Source: Yuukianura sp. NJ FZ-2021 (taxonomy: Eukaryota). Taken from it: a stretch of DNA of 64,000 nucleotides. A model generated the notes under the pieces. It had not been told where the DNA came from. It worked only from the letters and a program-made list of their open reading frames with translations, and ran no database searches. Of this stretch, positions 15,521-28,315 are shown piece by piece. The stretch covers positions 1-64,000 of the forward strand of contig JAJCTO010000010.1 of assembly GCA_046563655.1 (NCBI GenBank). Direction: 5' to 3'. Made by a program: the position numbers and the translations under genes. Position 1 is the first letter of the stretch; each line of letters opens with the position of its first letter.

Positions 15521-16001
15521 ACTATTTTACTTGAGCGTATGGAGACACGTCTTAACCTTAGAAAATGGAATGCAGCATAGAATGTCTTTCGACGCCCACG
15601 AATCCGTGTACGAAGAATATCAACTTCAAGGTCAATTCGAATATATAACCACTTTCAGTGCCGGCGTTCTTGGTGAAATCATCTTTATTTACTTGTCACA
15701 CTGCTTTAATGCATGACTTTCCTACGCAGGGACGATTGCCACTAGCTTTTTTTCGCGCTGAATAAAAATCGCTGATTTTTAGAAAAAAAACAAATTTAAC
15801 CCCCAAAACTACAACTAGAACGTATTTTTTCGTATTTTGAGAAATATTTCGAAAAAAAAAATTTTTTCAGATTTTTTTGAATTTTCCCGCGTTTTTTCTG
15901 GCGGTAAAGGCCAGTTCACACCGGAGTAGAACGGGGAAAGTGATTGAATGCTAATTCACTTTCGGCGATGAGATTGGAAGTATTCGCATAAAACAATGGA
16001 C

Positions 16002-16781
16002 GATGGCCGCCATGTTGGTTTTCGACGACGTGAAATTTTCGCGGTTCGCGAAAATTCGCCATTCGCGAAAATTCGCGATTTTTTCACAAAATCGCGGCCA
16101 TAAAAGTATCGGGTGGCGGAGAGTTCTAATTCAGGTGTAACGCCGCCATTTTGAGTGCTACGCAAAATTTCACGGCGCGCCGCGAATATGGATAAAACGA
16201 CGTCTTTAGTTGCCTGAACTAAAATCGCATACAATGTCCAGTACTCAGAAGAATTTTACGTCGCCAAATTGCATTTTCGTCAATGTTACAGTTTTCGCGA
16301 GTCGCGACGTGAAATTTCGCGAAATAATGCAGAACATGCGTGAGTAACACACGGCGTCCTCTCGTATGTGAAAACCACAGCAGGTGCACACCAGATCATC
16401 GTTTCCCCGAAGTTTCACGGCGCGAACCGCGAAATTCTTCTGTACCATTTTAGACCGAAAAATGACGTTCAAAACCGCCGCAGGACGCCGGGTTGGGATT
16501 CTCTACTACCCTATACCCTTTAGGTGTGATTGTTATCAAGTATCGCAAATTTTTGCGAATTGCGATTTTACGCAAATTGTTCTTTTTTCGAATTACGATT
16601 TTTCGCGAAGCGATTCTTGGCGAATGAAAAATTTACGCGATTTGCGAATTTTCACGAGATGCGGTTTTCGCAATTTTCGAATTTTCGTCACATGCGTCTT
16701 ACACGATTTGCAAATTTTCGCGAATTGCAAATTCACGAATTCGTAAAATTCACGTCGTCCAAAACCAACACGGCGGCCATC
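16002..16781. repeat. Internal 33-bp inverted repeat bracketing a TTCGCGAA-rich low-complexity core
   Basis: gatggccgccatgttggttttcgacgacgtgaa (16002-16034) matches the reverse complement of 16749-16781 at 31/33. The interior is rich in short tcgcga/aatt palindromes. The same structure is present in copy 2. Confidence 0.85.
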
Positions 16782-16924
16782 TTCCACTTGGTTGGTGTCT
16801 TTGAGGAATTACCAAAAAAAAAAACACTTCTTCTTCTTCTTGTTAAAAAAAACGTTAGGCATCGACTGCCAAAAGGGCTGTGACTGATTTGGGATGTGGG
16901 GCATATACCGTAGGATATATGCAT

Positions 16925-16984
16925 GAGGTTGGACCTACGTAGGTCCAACCTCCTGCGTATGGTTGGACCTACATAGGTCCAACC
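16925..16984. repeat. Tandem pair of palindromes inside the TTAA element
   Basis: A perfect 28-bp palindrome gaggttggacctac|gtaggtccaacctc (16925-16952) is followed by a near-identical 24-bp one (16961-16984). Both are repeated in copy 2 (~20843-20902). Confidence 0.9.
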
Positions 16985-19708
16985 TCCACCAGCTGGCGGT
17001 TGAAGTGTCGCCTATATCTCACTACCTTAAACTTTGCGTAATTTCGTGTAGTTACGCGTAAAATCAAGCTCGCGCCTCGCAATTTTAGGCGGGAAACTTC
17101 GCCGAGCGAAGAGAGTGAGCAAAAGGCTGAAAGGGACGACCGTCCCTTCCTAGGTCCGCAAAGCAACTTGTGAAAAAAGCACCGATCGAGTGGCAATTGT
17201 CCCTTCGTTAAGGCGCAAGCCGTCTAAAAGTGACGGATCCTCAGGCGTTAACATCCCTTTAGTAAGTGTGACGTGAACTTCAAGCATTTTACTATTTTAC
17301 TTGAGCGTATGGAGACACGTCTTAACTTTAGAAAATGGAATCCAGCATAGAATGTCTTTCGACGCCCACGAATCCGTGTACGAAGAATATCAACTTCAAG
17401 GTCAATTCGAATATATAACCACTTTCAGTGCCGGCGTTCTTGGTGACCTCATATTTTTTTCTTGTCACACTGCTTTAACATCCCTTTAGTAAGTGTGACG
17501 TGAACTTCAAGCATTTTACTTGAGCGTACGGAGACACGTCTTAACCTTAGATAATGGAATCCAGCATAGAATGTCTTTCGACGCCCACAAATCCGTGTCC
17601 AAAGAATATCAACTTCAATGTCAATTGGAATATACAGCCACTTTCAGTGGCGGCGTTCTTGGTGAAATCACCTTTCTTACTTGTCACACTGCTTTAACAT
17701 CCCTTTAGTAAGTGTGACGTGAACTCCAAGCATTTTACTTGATCGTATGGAGACACGTCTTAACCTTAGAAAATGGAATCCAGCATAGAATGTCTTTCGA
17801 CGCCCACGAATCCGTGTACGAAGAATATCAACTTCAAGGTCAATTCGAATATATAACCACTTTCAGTGCCGGCGTTCTTGGTGAAATCATCTTTTTTTAC
17901 TTGTCACACTGCTTTAACATCCCTTTAGTAAGTGTGACGTGAACTTCAAGCATTTTACTATTTTACTTGAGCGTGTGGAGACACGTCTTAACCTTAGAAA
18001 ATGGAATCCAGCATAGAATGTCTTTCGACGCCCACGAATCCGTGTACGAAGAATATCAACTTCAAGGTCAATTCGAATATATAACCACTTTCAGTGCCGG
18101 CGTTCTTGGTGAAATCATCTTTTTTTACTTGTCACACTGCTTTAACATCCCTTTAGTAAGTGTGACGTGAACTTCAAGCATTTTACTATTTTACTTGAGC
18201 GTATGGAGACACGTCTTAACCTTAGAAAATGGAATCCAGCATAGAATGTCTTTCGACGCCCACGAATCCGTGTACGAAGAATATCAACTTCAAGGTCAAT
18301 TCGAATATATAACCACTTTCAGTGCCGGCGTTCTTGGTGAAACCATCTTTTTGTACTTGTCACACTGCTTTAACATCCCTTTAGTAAGTGTGACGTGAAC
18401 TTCAAGCATTTTACTTGAGCGTACGGAGACACGTCTTATCCTTAGAAAATGGAATGCAGCATAGAATGTCTTTCGACGCCCACGAATCCGTGTACGAAGA
18501 ATATCAACTTCAAGGTCAATTCGAATATATAACCACTTTCAGTGCCGGCGTTCTTGGTGAAATTAACTTTTTTACTTGTCAGACTGCTTTAACATCCCTT
18601 TAGTAAGTGTGACGTGAACTTCAAGCATTTTACTTGAGCGTATGGAGACAGGTCTTAACCTTAGAAAATGGAATCCAGCATAGAATGACTTTCGACGCCC
18701 ACCAATCCGTGTACGAAGAATATCAACTTCAAGGTCAATTCGAATATATAACCACTTTCAGTGCCGGCGTTCTTGGTGAAATCATCTTTTTTTACTTGTC
18801 ATACTGCTTTAACATCCCTTTAGTAAGTGTGACGTGAACTTCAAGCATTTTACTATTTTACTTGAGGGTATGGAGACACGTCTTAGCCTTAGAAAATGGA
18901 ATGCAGCATAGAATGTCTTTCGACGCCTACAAATCCGTGTACAAAGAATATCAACATCAAAGTCAATGCGAATATATAACCACTTTCAGTGCCGGCGTTC
19001 CTGGTGAAATCATCTTTTTTTACTTGTCACACTGCTTTAACATCCCTTTAGTAAGTGTGACGTGAACTTCAAGCATTTTACTTGAGGGTATGGAGACACG
19101 TCTTAGCCTTAGAAAATGGAATGCAGCATAGAATGTCTTTCGACGCCCACGAATCCGTGTACGAAGAATATCAACTTCAAGGTCAATTCGAATATATAAC
19201 CACTTTCAGTGCCGGCGTTCTTGGTGAAATCAACTTTTTGTACTTGTCAGACTGCTTTAACATCCCTTTAGTAAGTGTGACGAGCACATCAAGCATTTTA
19301 CTTGAGCGTGTGGAGACACGTCTTAACCTTAGAAAATGGAATCCAGCATAGAATGTCTTTCGACGCCCACGAATCCGTGTACGAAGAATATCAACTTCAA
19401 GGTCAATTCGAATATATAACCACTTTCAGTGCCGGCGTTCTTGGTGAAATCATCCTTTTTTACTTGTCACACTGCTTTAACATCTCTTTAGTAACTGTGA
19501 CGTGAACTTCAAGCATTTTACTATTTTACTTGAGCGTATGGAGACACGTCTTAACCTTAGAAAATGGAATGCAGCATAGAATGTCTTTCGACGCCCACGA
19601 ATCCGTGTACGAAGAGTATCAACTTCAAGGTCAATTCGAATATATAACCACTTTCAGTGCCGGCGTTCTTGGTGAAATCATCTTTATTTACTTGTCACAC
19701 TGCTTTAA

Positions 19709-21165
19709 TGCATGACTTTCCTACGCAGGGACGATTGCCACTAGCTTTTTTTCGCGCTGAATAAAAATCGCTGATTTTTAGAAAACAGATTTTTTTGAAT
19801 TTTCCCGCGTTTTTTCTGGCGGTAAAGGCCAGTTCACACCGGAGTAGAACGGGGAAAGTGATTGAATGCTAATTCACTTTCGGCGATGAGATTGGAAGTA
19901 TTCGCATAAAACAATGGACGATGGCCGCCATGTTGGTTTTCGACGACGTGAAATTTTCGCGGTTCGCGAAAATTCGCCATTCGCGAAAATTCGCGATTTT
20001 TTCACAAAATCGCGGCCATAAAAGTATCGGGTGGCGGAGAGTTCTAATTCAGGTGTAACTCCGCCATTTTGAATGTTACGCAAAATTTCACGGCGCGCCG
20101 CGAATATGGATAAAACGACGTTTTTAGTTGCCTGAACTAAAATCGCATACAATGTCCAGTACTCCGAAGAATTTTACGTCGCCAAATTGCATTTTCGTCA
20201 ATGTTACAGTTTTCGCGAGTCGCGCCGTGAAATTTCGCGAAATTACGCAGAACAGGCGTGAGTCATACACGGCGTCCTCTCGCACGTGAAAACCACAACA
20301 GGTGCACACCAGATCATCGTTTCCCCGAAATTTCACGGCGCGTACCGTGGAATTCTTCTGTACCATTTTAGACCGAAAAATGACGTTCAAAACCGCCGCA
20401 GGACGCCGGGTTGGGATTCTCTACTACCCTATACCCTTTAGGTGTGATTGTTATCAAGTATCGCAAATTTTTGCGAATTGCGATTTTACGCAAATTGTTC
20501 TTTTTTCGAATTACGATTTTTCGCGAAGCGATTCTTGGCGAATGAAAAATTTACGCGATTTGCGAATTTTCACGAGATGCGGTTTTCGCAATTTTCGAAT
20601 TTTCGTCACATGCGTCTTACACGATTTGCAAATTTTCGCGAATTGCAAATTCACGAATTCGTAAAATTCACGTCGTCCAAAACCAACACGGCGGCCATCT
20701 TCCACTTGGTTGGTGTCTTTGAGGAATTACCAAAAAAAAAACACTTCTTCTTCTTCTTGTTAAAAAAAAACGTTAGGCATCGACTGCCAAAAGGGCTGTG
20801 ACTGATTTGGGATGTGGGGCATATACCGTAGGATATATGCATGAGGTTGGACCTACGTAGGTCCAACCTCCTGCGTATGGTTGGACCTACATAGGTCCAA
20901 CCTCCACCAGCTGGCGGTTGAAGTGTCGCCTATATCTCACTACCTTAAACTTTGCGTAATTTCGTGTAGTTACGCGTAAAATCAAGCTCGCGCCTCGCAA
21001 TTTTAGGCGGGAAACTTCGCCGAGCGAAGAGAGTGAGCAAAAGGCTGAAAGGGACGACCGTCCCTTCCTAGGTCCGCAAAGCAACTTGTGAAAAAAGCAC
21101 CGATCGAGTGGCAATTGTCCCTTCGTTAAGGCGCAAGCCGTCTAAAAGTGACGGATCCTCAGGCG
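19709..21165. mobile_element. Non-autonomous TTAA-specific DNA transposon (copy 2, 1457 bp)
   Basis: Same ends, orientation and monomer position as copy 1, with TTAA at 19705-19708 and 21166-21169. It has an ~80-bp deletion near the left end relative to copy 1. Confidence 0.8.
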
Positions 21166-22854
21166 TTAACATCCCTTTAGTAAGTGTGACGTGAACTTCA
21201 AGCATTTTACTATTTTACTTGAGCGTATGGAGACACGTCTTAACCTTAGAAAATGGAATCCAGCATAGAATGTCTTTCGACGCCCACGAATCCGTGTACG
21301 AAGAATATCAACTTCAAGGTCAATTCGAATATATAACCACTTTCAGTGCCGGCGTTCTTGGTGAAATCATCTTTTTGTACTTGTCACACTGCTTTAACAT
21401 CCCTTTAGTAAGTGTAACGTGAACTTCAAGCATTTTACTTGAGCGTATGGAGACACGTCTTAACCATAGAAAATGGAATCCAGCATAGAATGTCTTTCGA
21501 CGCCCACAAATCCGTGTACGAAGAATATCAACTTCAAGGTCAATTCGAATATACAGCCACTTTCAGTGGCGGCGTTCTTGGTGAAATCAACTTTCTTACT
21601 TGTCAGACTGCTTTAACATCCCTTTAGTAAGTGTGACGAGCACATCAAGCATTTTACTTGAGCGTATAGAGACACGTCTTAACCTTAGAAAATGGAATCC
21701 AGCATAGAATGTCTTTCGACGCCCACGAATCCGTGTACGAAGAATATCAACTTCAAGGTCAATTCGAATATATAACCACTTTCAGTGCCGGCGTTCTTGG
21801 TGAAATCATCTTTTTTTACTTGTCACACTGCTTTAACATCTCTTTAGTAACTGTGACGTGAACTTCAAGCATTTTACTATTTTACTTGAGCGTATGGAGA
21901 CACGTCTTAACCTTAGAAAATGGAATGCAGCATAGAATGTCTTTCGACGCCCACGAATCCGTGTACGAAGAGTATCAACTTCAAGGTCAATTCGAATATA
22001 TAACCACTTTCAGTGCCGGCGTTCTTGGTGAAATCATCTTTATTTACTTGTCACACTGCTTTAACATCCCTTTAGTAAGTGTGACGTGAACTTCAAGCAT
22101 TTTACTATTTTACTTGAGCGTATGGAGACACGTCTTAACTTTAGAAAATGGAATCCAGCATAGAATGTCTTTCGACGCCCACGAATCCGTGTACGAAGAA
22201 TATCAACTTCAAGGTCAATTCGAATATATAACCACTTTCAGTGCCGGCGTTCTTGGTGACCTCATATTTTTTCTTGTCACACTGCTTTAACATCCCTTTA
22301 GTAAGTGTGACGTGAACTTCAAGCATTTTACTTGAGCGTACGGAGACACGTCTTAACCTTAGATAATGGAATCCAGCATAGAATGTCTTTCGACGCCCAC
22401 AAATCCGTGTACAAAGAATATCAACTTCAAGGTCAATTCGAATATACAGCCACTTTCAGTGGCGGCGTTCTTGGTGAAATCAACTTTTTTTACTTGTCAG
22501 ACTGCTTTAACATCTCTTTAGTAAGTGTGACGAGAACATCAAGCATTTTACTTGAGCGTATGGAGACACGTCTTAACCTTAGAAAATGGAATCCAGCATA
22601 AAATGTCTTTCGAAGCCCACAAATCCGTGTACAAAGAATATTAACATCAAAGTCAATTCGAATATACAGCCACTTTCAATGCTGGGTTTCTTGGTGAAAT
22701 CATCTTTTTTTACTTGTCACACTGCTTTAACATCCCTTTAGTAAGTGTGACGTGAACTTCAAGCATTTTACTATTTTACTTGAGCGTATGGAGGCACGTC
22801 TTAACCTTAGAAAATGGAATCCATCATAGAATGTCTTTCGACGCCCACGAATTC

Positions 22855-25800
22855 GATTTCTACTAAAAACAAAAAAGAGATGCCTGTAAAACAGACAGCT
22901 ACCTGACGTACATACTCAAACTTGTATAGGGTCAATTTATCCCTGAGTCGTACAAGCAAGCAAAATGTGACCCGTCAGCAATGCTGTTGATAAGGGTTGC
23001 TGCTTACATCAATACACGCTAACTTTGACCAAGCTTAGCAAAAATTTTCTGAGTAATGTTAACATACGTAAATAATAAGGACTGCGTGACGCCTGACAAC
23101 TTGTCTGTTTACTCAGGCGATTCATATTTAAAGTCACTTCTCTGGAAAAATATCATGGTTATGCTAGAATAAATTTGTCTACAGCGAAGCTAACCTGAAT
23201 GCAGACAGTTGTTGTTTGATTTCTACTAAAAACAAAAAAGAGATGCCTGTAAAACAGACAACCACCTGACGTACATGCTCAAACTGGTATAGGGTCAATT
23301 TATCCCTGAGTCGTACAAGCAAGCAAAATGTGACCCGTCAGCAATGTTGTTGATAAGGGTTGCTGCTTACATCAATACACGCTAACTTTGACCAAGCTTA
23401 GCAAAAATTTTCTGAGTAATGTTAACATACGTAAATAATAAGGACTGCGTGACGCCTGACAACTTGTCTGTTTACTCAGGCGATTCATATTTAAAGTCAC
23501 TTCTCTGGAAAAATATCATGGTTATGCTAGAATAAATTTGTCTACAGCGAGGCTAACCTGAATCCTGACAGTTGTTGTTTGATTTCTACTAAAAAGAAAA
23601 AACAGATGCCTGTAAAACAGACAGCCACCTGACGTACATACTCAAACTGGTATAGGGTGAATTTATCCCTGAGCCGTACAAGCAAGCAAAATGTGACCCG
23701 TCAGCAATGCTGTTGATAAGGGTTGCTGCTTACATCAATACACGCTAACTTTGACCAAGCTTAGCAAAAATTTTCTGAGTAATGTTAACATACGTAAATA
23801 ATAAGGACTGCGTGACGCCTGACAACTTGTCTGTTTACTCAGGCGATTCATATTTAAAGTCACTTCTCTGGAAAAATATCATGGTTATGCTAGAATAAAT
23901 TTGTCTACAGCGAAGCTAACCTGAATGCAGACAGTTGTTGTTTGATTTCTACTAAAAACAAAAAAGAGATGCCTGTAAAACAGACAACCACCTGACGTAC
24001 ATACTCAAACTGGTATAGGGTCAATTTATCCCTGAGTCGTACAACCAAGCAAAATGTGACCCGTCAGCAATGTTGTTGATAAGGGTTGCTGCTTACATCA
24101 ATACACGCTAACTTTGACCAAGCTTAGCAAAAATTTTCTGAGTAATGTTAACATACGTAAATAATAAGGACTGCGTGACGCCTGACAACTTGTCTGTTTA
24201 CTCAGGCGATTCATATTTAAAGTCACTTCTCTGGAAAAATATCATGGTTATGCTAGAATAAATTTGTCTACAGCGAGGCTAACCTGAATGCAGACAGTTG
24301 TTGTTTGATTTCTACTAAAAACAAAAAAGAGATGCCTGTAAAACAGACAGCCACCTGACGTACATACTCAAACTGGTATAGGGTGAATTTATCCCTGAGT
24401 CGTACAAGCAAGCAAAATTTGACCCGTCAGCAATGTTGTTGATAAGAGTTGCTGCTAACATCAATACACGCTAACTTTGACCAAGCTTAGCAAAAATTTT
24501 CTGATTAATGTTAACATACGTAAATAATAAGGACTGCGTGACGCCTGACAACTTGTCTGTTTACTCAGGCGATTCATAGTTAAAGTCACTTCTCTGGAAA
24601 AATATCATGGTTATGCTAGAATAAATTTGTCTACAGCGAGGCTAACCTGAATGCAGACAGTTGTTGTTTGATTTCTACTAAAAACAAAAAAGAGATGCCT
24701 GTAAAACAGACAACCACCTGACGTACATACTCAAACTGGTATAGGGTGAATTTATCCCTGAGCCGTACAAGCAAGCAAAATGTGACCCGTCAGCAATGCT
24801 GTTGATAAGGGTTGCTGCTTACATCAATACACGCTAACTTTGACCAAGCTTAGCAAAAATTTTCTGAGTAATGTTAACATACGTAAATAATAAGGACTGC
24901 GTGACGCCTGACAACTTGTCTGTTTACTCAGGCGATTCATATTTAAAGTCACTTCTCTGGAAAAATATCATGGTTATGCTAGAATAAATTTGTCTACAGC
25001 GAAGCTAACCTGAATGCAGACAGTTGTTGTTTGATTTCTACTAAAAACAAAAAAGAGATGCCTGTAAAACAGACAACCACCTGACGTACATACTCAAACT
25101 GGTATAGTGTCAATATATCCCTGAGTCGTACAACCAAGCAAAATGTGACCCGTCAGCAATGTTGTTGATAAGGGTTGCTGCTTTACATCAATACACGCTA
25201 ACTTTGACCAAGCTTAGCAAAAATTTTCTGAGTAATGTTAACATACGTAAATAATAAGGACTGCGTGACGCCTGACAACTTGTCTGTTTACTCAGGCGAT
25301 TCATATTTAAAGTCACTTCTCTGGAAAAATATCATGGTTATGCTAGAATAAATTTGTCTACAGCGAAGCTAACCTGAATGCAGACAGTTGTTGTTTGATT
25401 TCTACTAAAAACAAAAAAGAGATGCCTGTAAAACAGACAACCACCTGACGTACATACTCAAACTGGTATAGGGTCAATTTATCCCTGAGTCGTACAACCA
25501 AGCAAAATGTGACCCGTCAGCAATGTTGTTGATAAGGGTTGCTGCTTTACATCAATACACGCTAACTTTGACCAAGCTTAGCAAAAATTTTCTGAGTAAT
25601 GTTAACATACGTAAATAAAAAGGACTGCGTGACGCCTGACAACTTGTCTGTTTACTCAGGCGATTCATATTTAAAGTCACTTCTCTGGAAAAATATCATG
25701 GTTATGCTAGAATAAATTTGTCTACAGCGAGGCTAACCTGAATGCAGACAGTTGTTGTTTGATTTCTACTAAAAACAAAAAAGAGATGCCTGTAAAACAG

Positions 25801-28315
25801 ACAGCCACCTGACGTACATACTCAAACTGGTATAGGGTGAATTTATCCCTGAGCCGTACAAGCAAGCAAAATGTGACCCGTCAGCAATGCTGTTGATAAG
25901 GGTTGCTGCTTACATCAATACACGCTAACTTTGACCAAGCTTAGCAAAAAATTTTTGATTACTGTTAACATACGTAAGTAAAAAGGACTGCGTGACGCCT
26001 GACAACTTGTCTGTTTACTCAGGCGATTCATAGTTAAAGTCACTTCTCTGGAAAAATATCATGGTTATGCTAGAATAAATTTGTCTACAGCGAGGCTAAC
26101 CTGAATGCAGACAGTTGTTGTGTGATTTCTGCTAAAAACGAAAACAGATGCCTGAAAAACAGACAGACACCTGACGTTCATACTCAAACTGGTATAGTGT
26201 CAATATATCCCTGAGTCGTACAACCAAGCAAAATGTGAGCCGTCAGCAATGCTCTTGATAAGTGTTGCTGCTTACATCAATACACGCTAAATTTGACCAC
26301 GCTTAGCAAAAATATTCTGAACACTGATAACACACCTAGATAAAAAGGACTGCGTGACGCCTGACAACTTGTCTATTTAGTCAGGCGATTCATATTTCAA
26401 GCCACTTTTATTGACAAATATCATGGTTATGCTAGAATAAATTTGTCTACAGCGAGGCTAACCTGAATGCAGACAGTTGTTGTTTGATTTCTACTAAAAA
26501 CAAAAAAGAGATGCCTGTAAAACAGACAGCCACCTGAATACGCAAACTGGTTATAGGGTCAATTTATCCCTGAGTCGTACAACCAAGCAAAATGTGACCC
26601 GTCAGCAATGTTGTTGATAAGGGTTGCTGCTTTACATCAATACACGCTAACTTTGACCAAGCTTAGCAAAAATTTTCTGAGTAATGTTAACATACGTAAA
26701 TAAAAAGGACTGCGTGACGCCTGACAAGTTGTCTGTTTACTCAGGCGATTCATAGTTAAAGTCACTTCTCTGGAAAAATATCATGGTTATGCTAGAATAA
26801 ATTTGTCTACAGCGAGGCTAACCTGAATGCAGACAGTTGTTGTTTGATTTCTACTAAAAACAAAAAAGAGATGCCTGTAAAACAGACAGCCACCTGACGT
26901 ACATACTCAAACTGGTATAGGGTGAATTTATCCCTGAGCCGTACAAGCAAGCAAAATGTGACCCGTCAGCAATGCTGTTGATAAGGGTTGCTGCTTACAT
27001 CAATACACGCTAACTTTGACCACGCTTAGCAAAAATATTCTGAACACTGATAACATACCTAAATAAAAAGGACTGCGTGACGCCTGACAACTTGTCTGTT
27101 TACTCAGGCGATTCATAGTTAAAGTCACTTCTCTGGAAAAATATCATGGTTATGCTAGAATAAATTTGTCTACAGCGAGGCTAACCTGAATGCAGACAGT
27201 TGTTGTTTGATTTCTACTAAAAACAAAAAAGAGATGCCTGTAAAACAGACAACCACCTGACGTACATACTCAAACTGGTATAGGGTCAATTTATCCCTGA
27301 GTCGTACAACCAAGCAAAATGTGACCCGTCAGCAATGTTGTTGATAAGGGTTGCTGCTTACATCAATACACGCTAACTTTGACCAAGCTTAGCAAAAAAG
27401 TTCTGATTACTGTTAATATACGTAAGTAAAAAGGACTGCATGACGCCTGACAACTTGTCTGTTTACTCAGGCAATTCATATTTAAAGTCACTTCTCTGGA
27501 AAAATATCATGGTTATGCTAGAATAAATTTGTCTACAGCGAGGCTAACCTGAATGCAGACAGTTTTTGTTTGATTTCTACTAAAAACAAAAAAGAGATGC
27601 CTGTAAAACAGACAGCCACCTGAATACGCAAACTGGTTATAGGGTCAATTTATCCCTGAGTCGTACAAGCAAGCAAAATGTGACCCGTCAGCAATGCTGT
27701 TGATAAGGGTTGCTGCTTACATCAATACACGCTAACTTTGACCAAGCTTAGCAAAAAAGTTCTGATGACTGTTAACATACGTAAGTAAAAAGACTGCGTG
27801 ACGCCTGACAACTTGTCTGTTTACTCAAGCGATTCATATTTAAAGTCACTTCTCTGGGAAAATATCATGGTTATGCTAGAATAAATTTGTCTACAGCGAG
27901 GCTAATCTGAATGCAGACAGCTGTTGTGTGATTTCTGCTAAAAACGAAAACAGATGCCTGAAAAACAGACAGACACCTGACGTTCATACTCAAACTGGTA
28001 TAGTGTCAATATATCCCTGAGTCGTACAACCAAGCAAAATGTGAGCCGTCAGCAATGCTCTTGATAAGTGTTGCTGCTTACATCAATACACGCTAACTTT
28101 GACCAAGCTTAGCAAAAAAGTTCTGATTACTGTTAACATACGTAAGTAAAAAGGACTGCGTGCCGCCTGACAACTTGTCTGTTTACTCAGGCAATTCATA
28201 TTTAAAGTCACTTCTCTGGAAAAATATCATGGTTATGCTAGAATAAATTTGTCTACAGCGAGGCTAACCTGAATGCAGACAGTTGTTTGATTTCTACTAA
28301 AAAGAAAAAACAGAT
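22855..28315. repeat. Satellite B: 363-bp monomer, ~15 copies
   Basis: gatttctactaaaaa recurs at 22855, 23218, 23581, 23944, 24307 and onward (period 363). No similarity to SatA or SatC is visible and there are no long ORFs. Variant monomers increase toward the right end. Confidence 0.97.

Larger units (their letters stand above)
15710..17247. mobile_element. Non-autonomous TTAA-specific DNA transposon, piggyBac-like end architecture (copy 1, 1538 bp)
   Basis: It interrupts the monomer sequence ctgct-TTAA-catccc, with TTAA at 15706-15709 and 17248-17251. Terminal IRs are weak (TGCATGACTTTCC vs CGCCTGAGGATCC, 8/13). A 15/16 subterminal IR (agggacgattgccact 15728-15743 / agtggcaattgtccct 17189-17204) sits at asymmetric distances from the ends. 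No transposase is recognisable. Confidence 0.8.
1..22854. repeat. Satellite A: tandem array of 220/228-bp monomers (~89 copies), interrupted by two TTAA elements
   Basis: The monomer (...cttgagcgtatggagacacgtcttaaccttagaaaatggaatccagcatagaatgtctttcgacgcccacgaatccgtgtacgaag...) recurs every 219-220 or 227-228 bp. The two length classes differ by an 8-bp duplication (cattttacttg vs cattttactattttacttg). The array runs off the left window edge, and the last monomers (~22500-22854) are more diverged. Confidence 0.98.

Noticed and set aside
15956..17196. Short ORFs in the TTAA element as a transposase
   Set aside because: They are low-complexity F/R/A/N-rich translations of palindromic micro-repeats with no DDD/E, tyrosine-recombinase or HUH motif.
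595..22601. Dozens of 60-89 aa ORFs (MSVWRHVLTLENG...) as a tandem peptide gene family
   Set aside because: They start at TTG/GTG, recur once per satellite monomer, and are freely broken by homopolymer indels and stops. No domain is recognisable.
22855..28315. Tandem 5S rRNA, tRNA, snRNA or spliced-leader gene array
   Set aside because: I could not recognise any 5S, cloverleaf, A/B-box or Sm-site-bearing RNA in any of the three monomers. An Infernal/Rfam scan would settle this.
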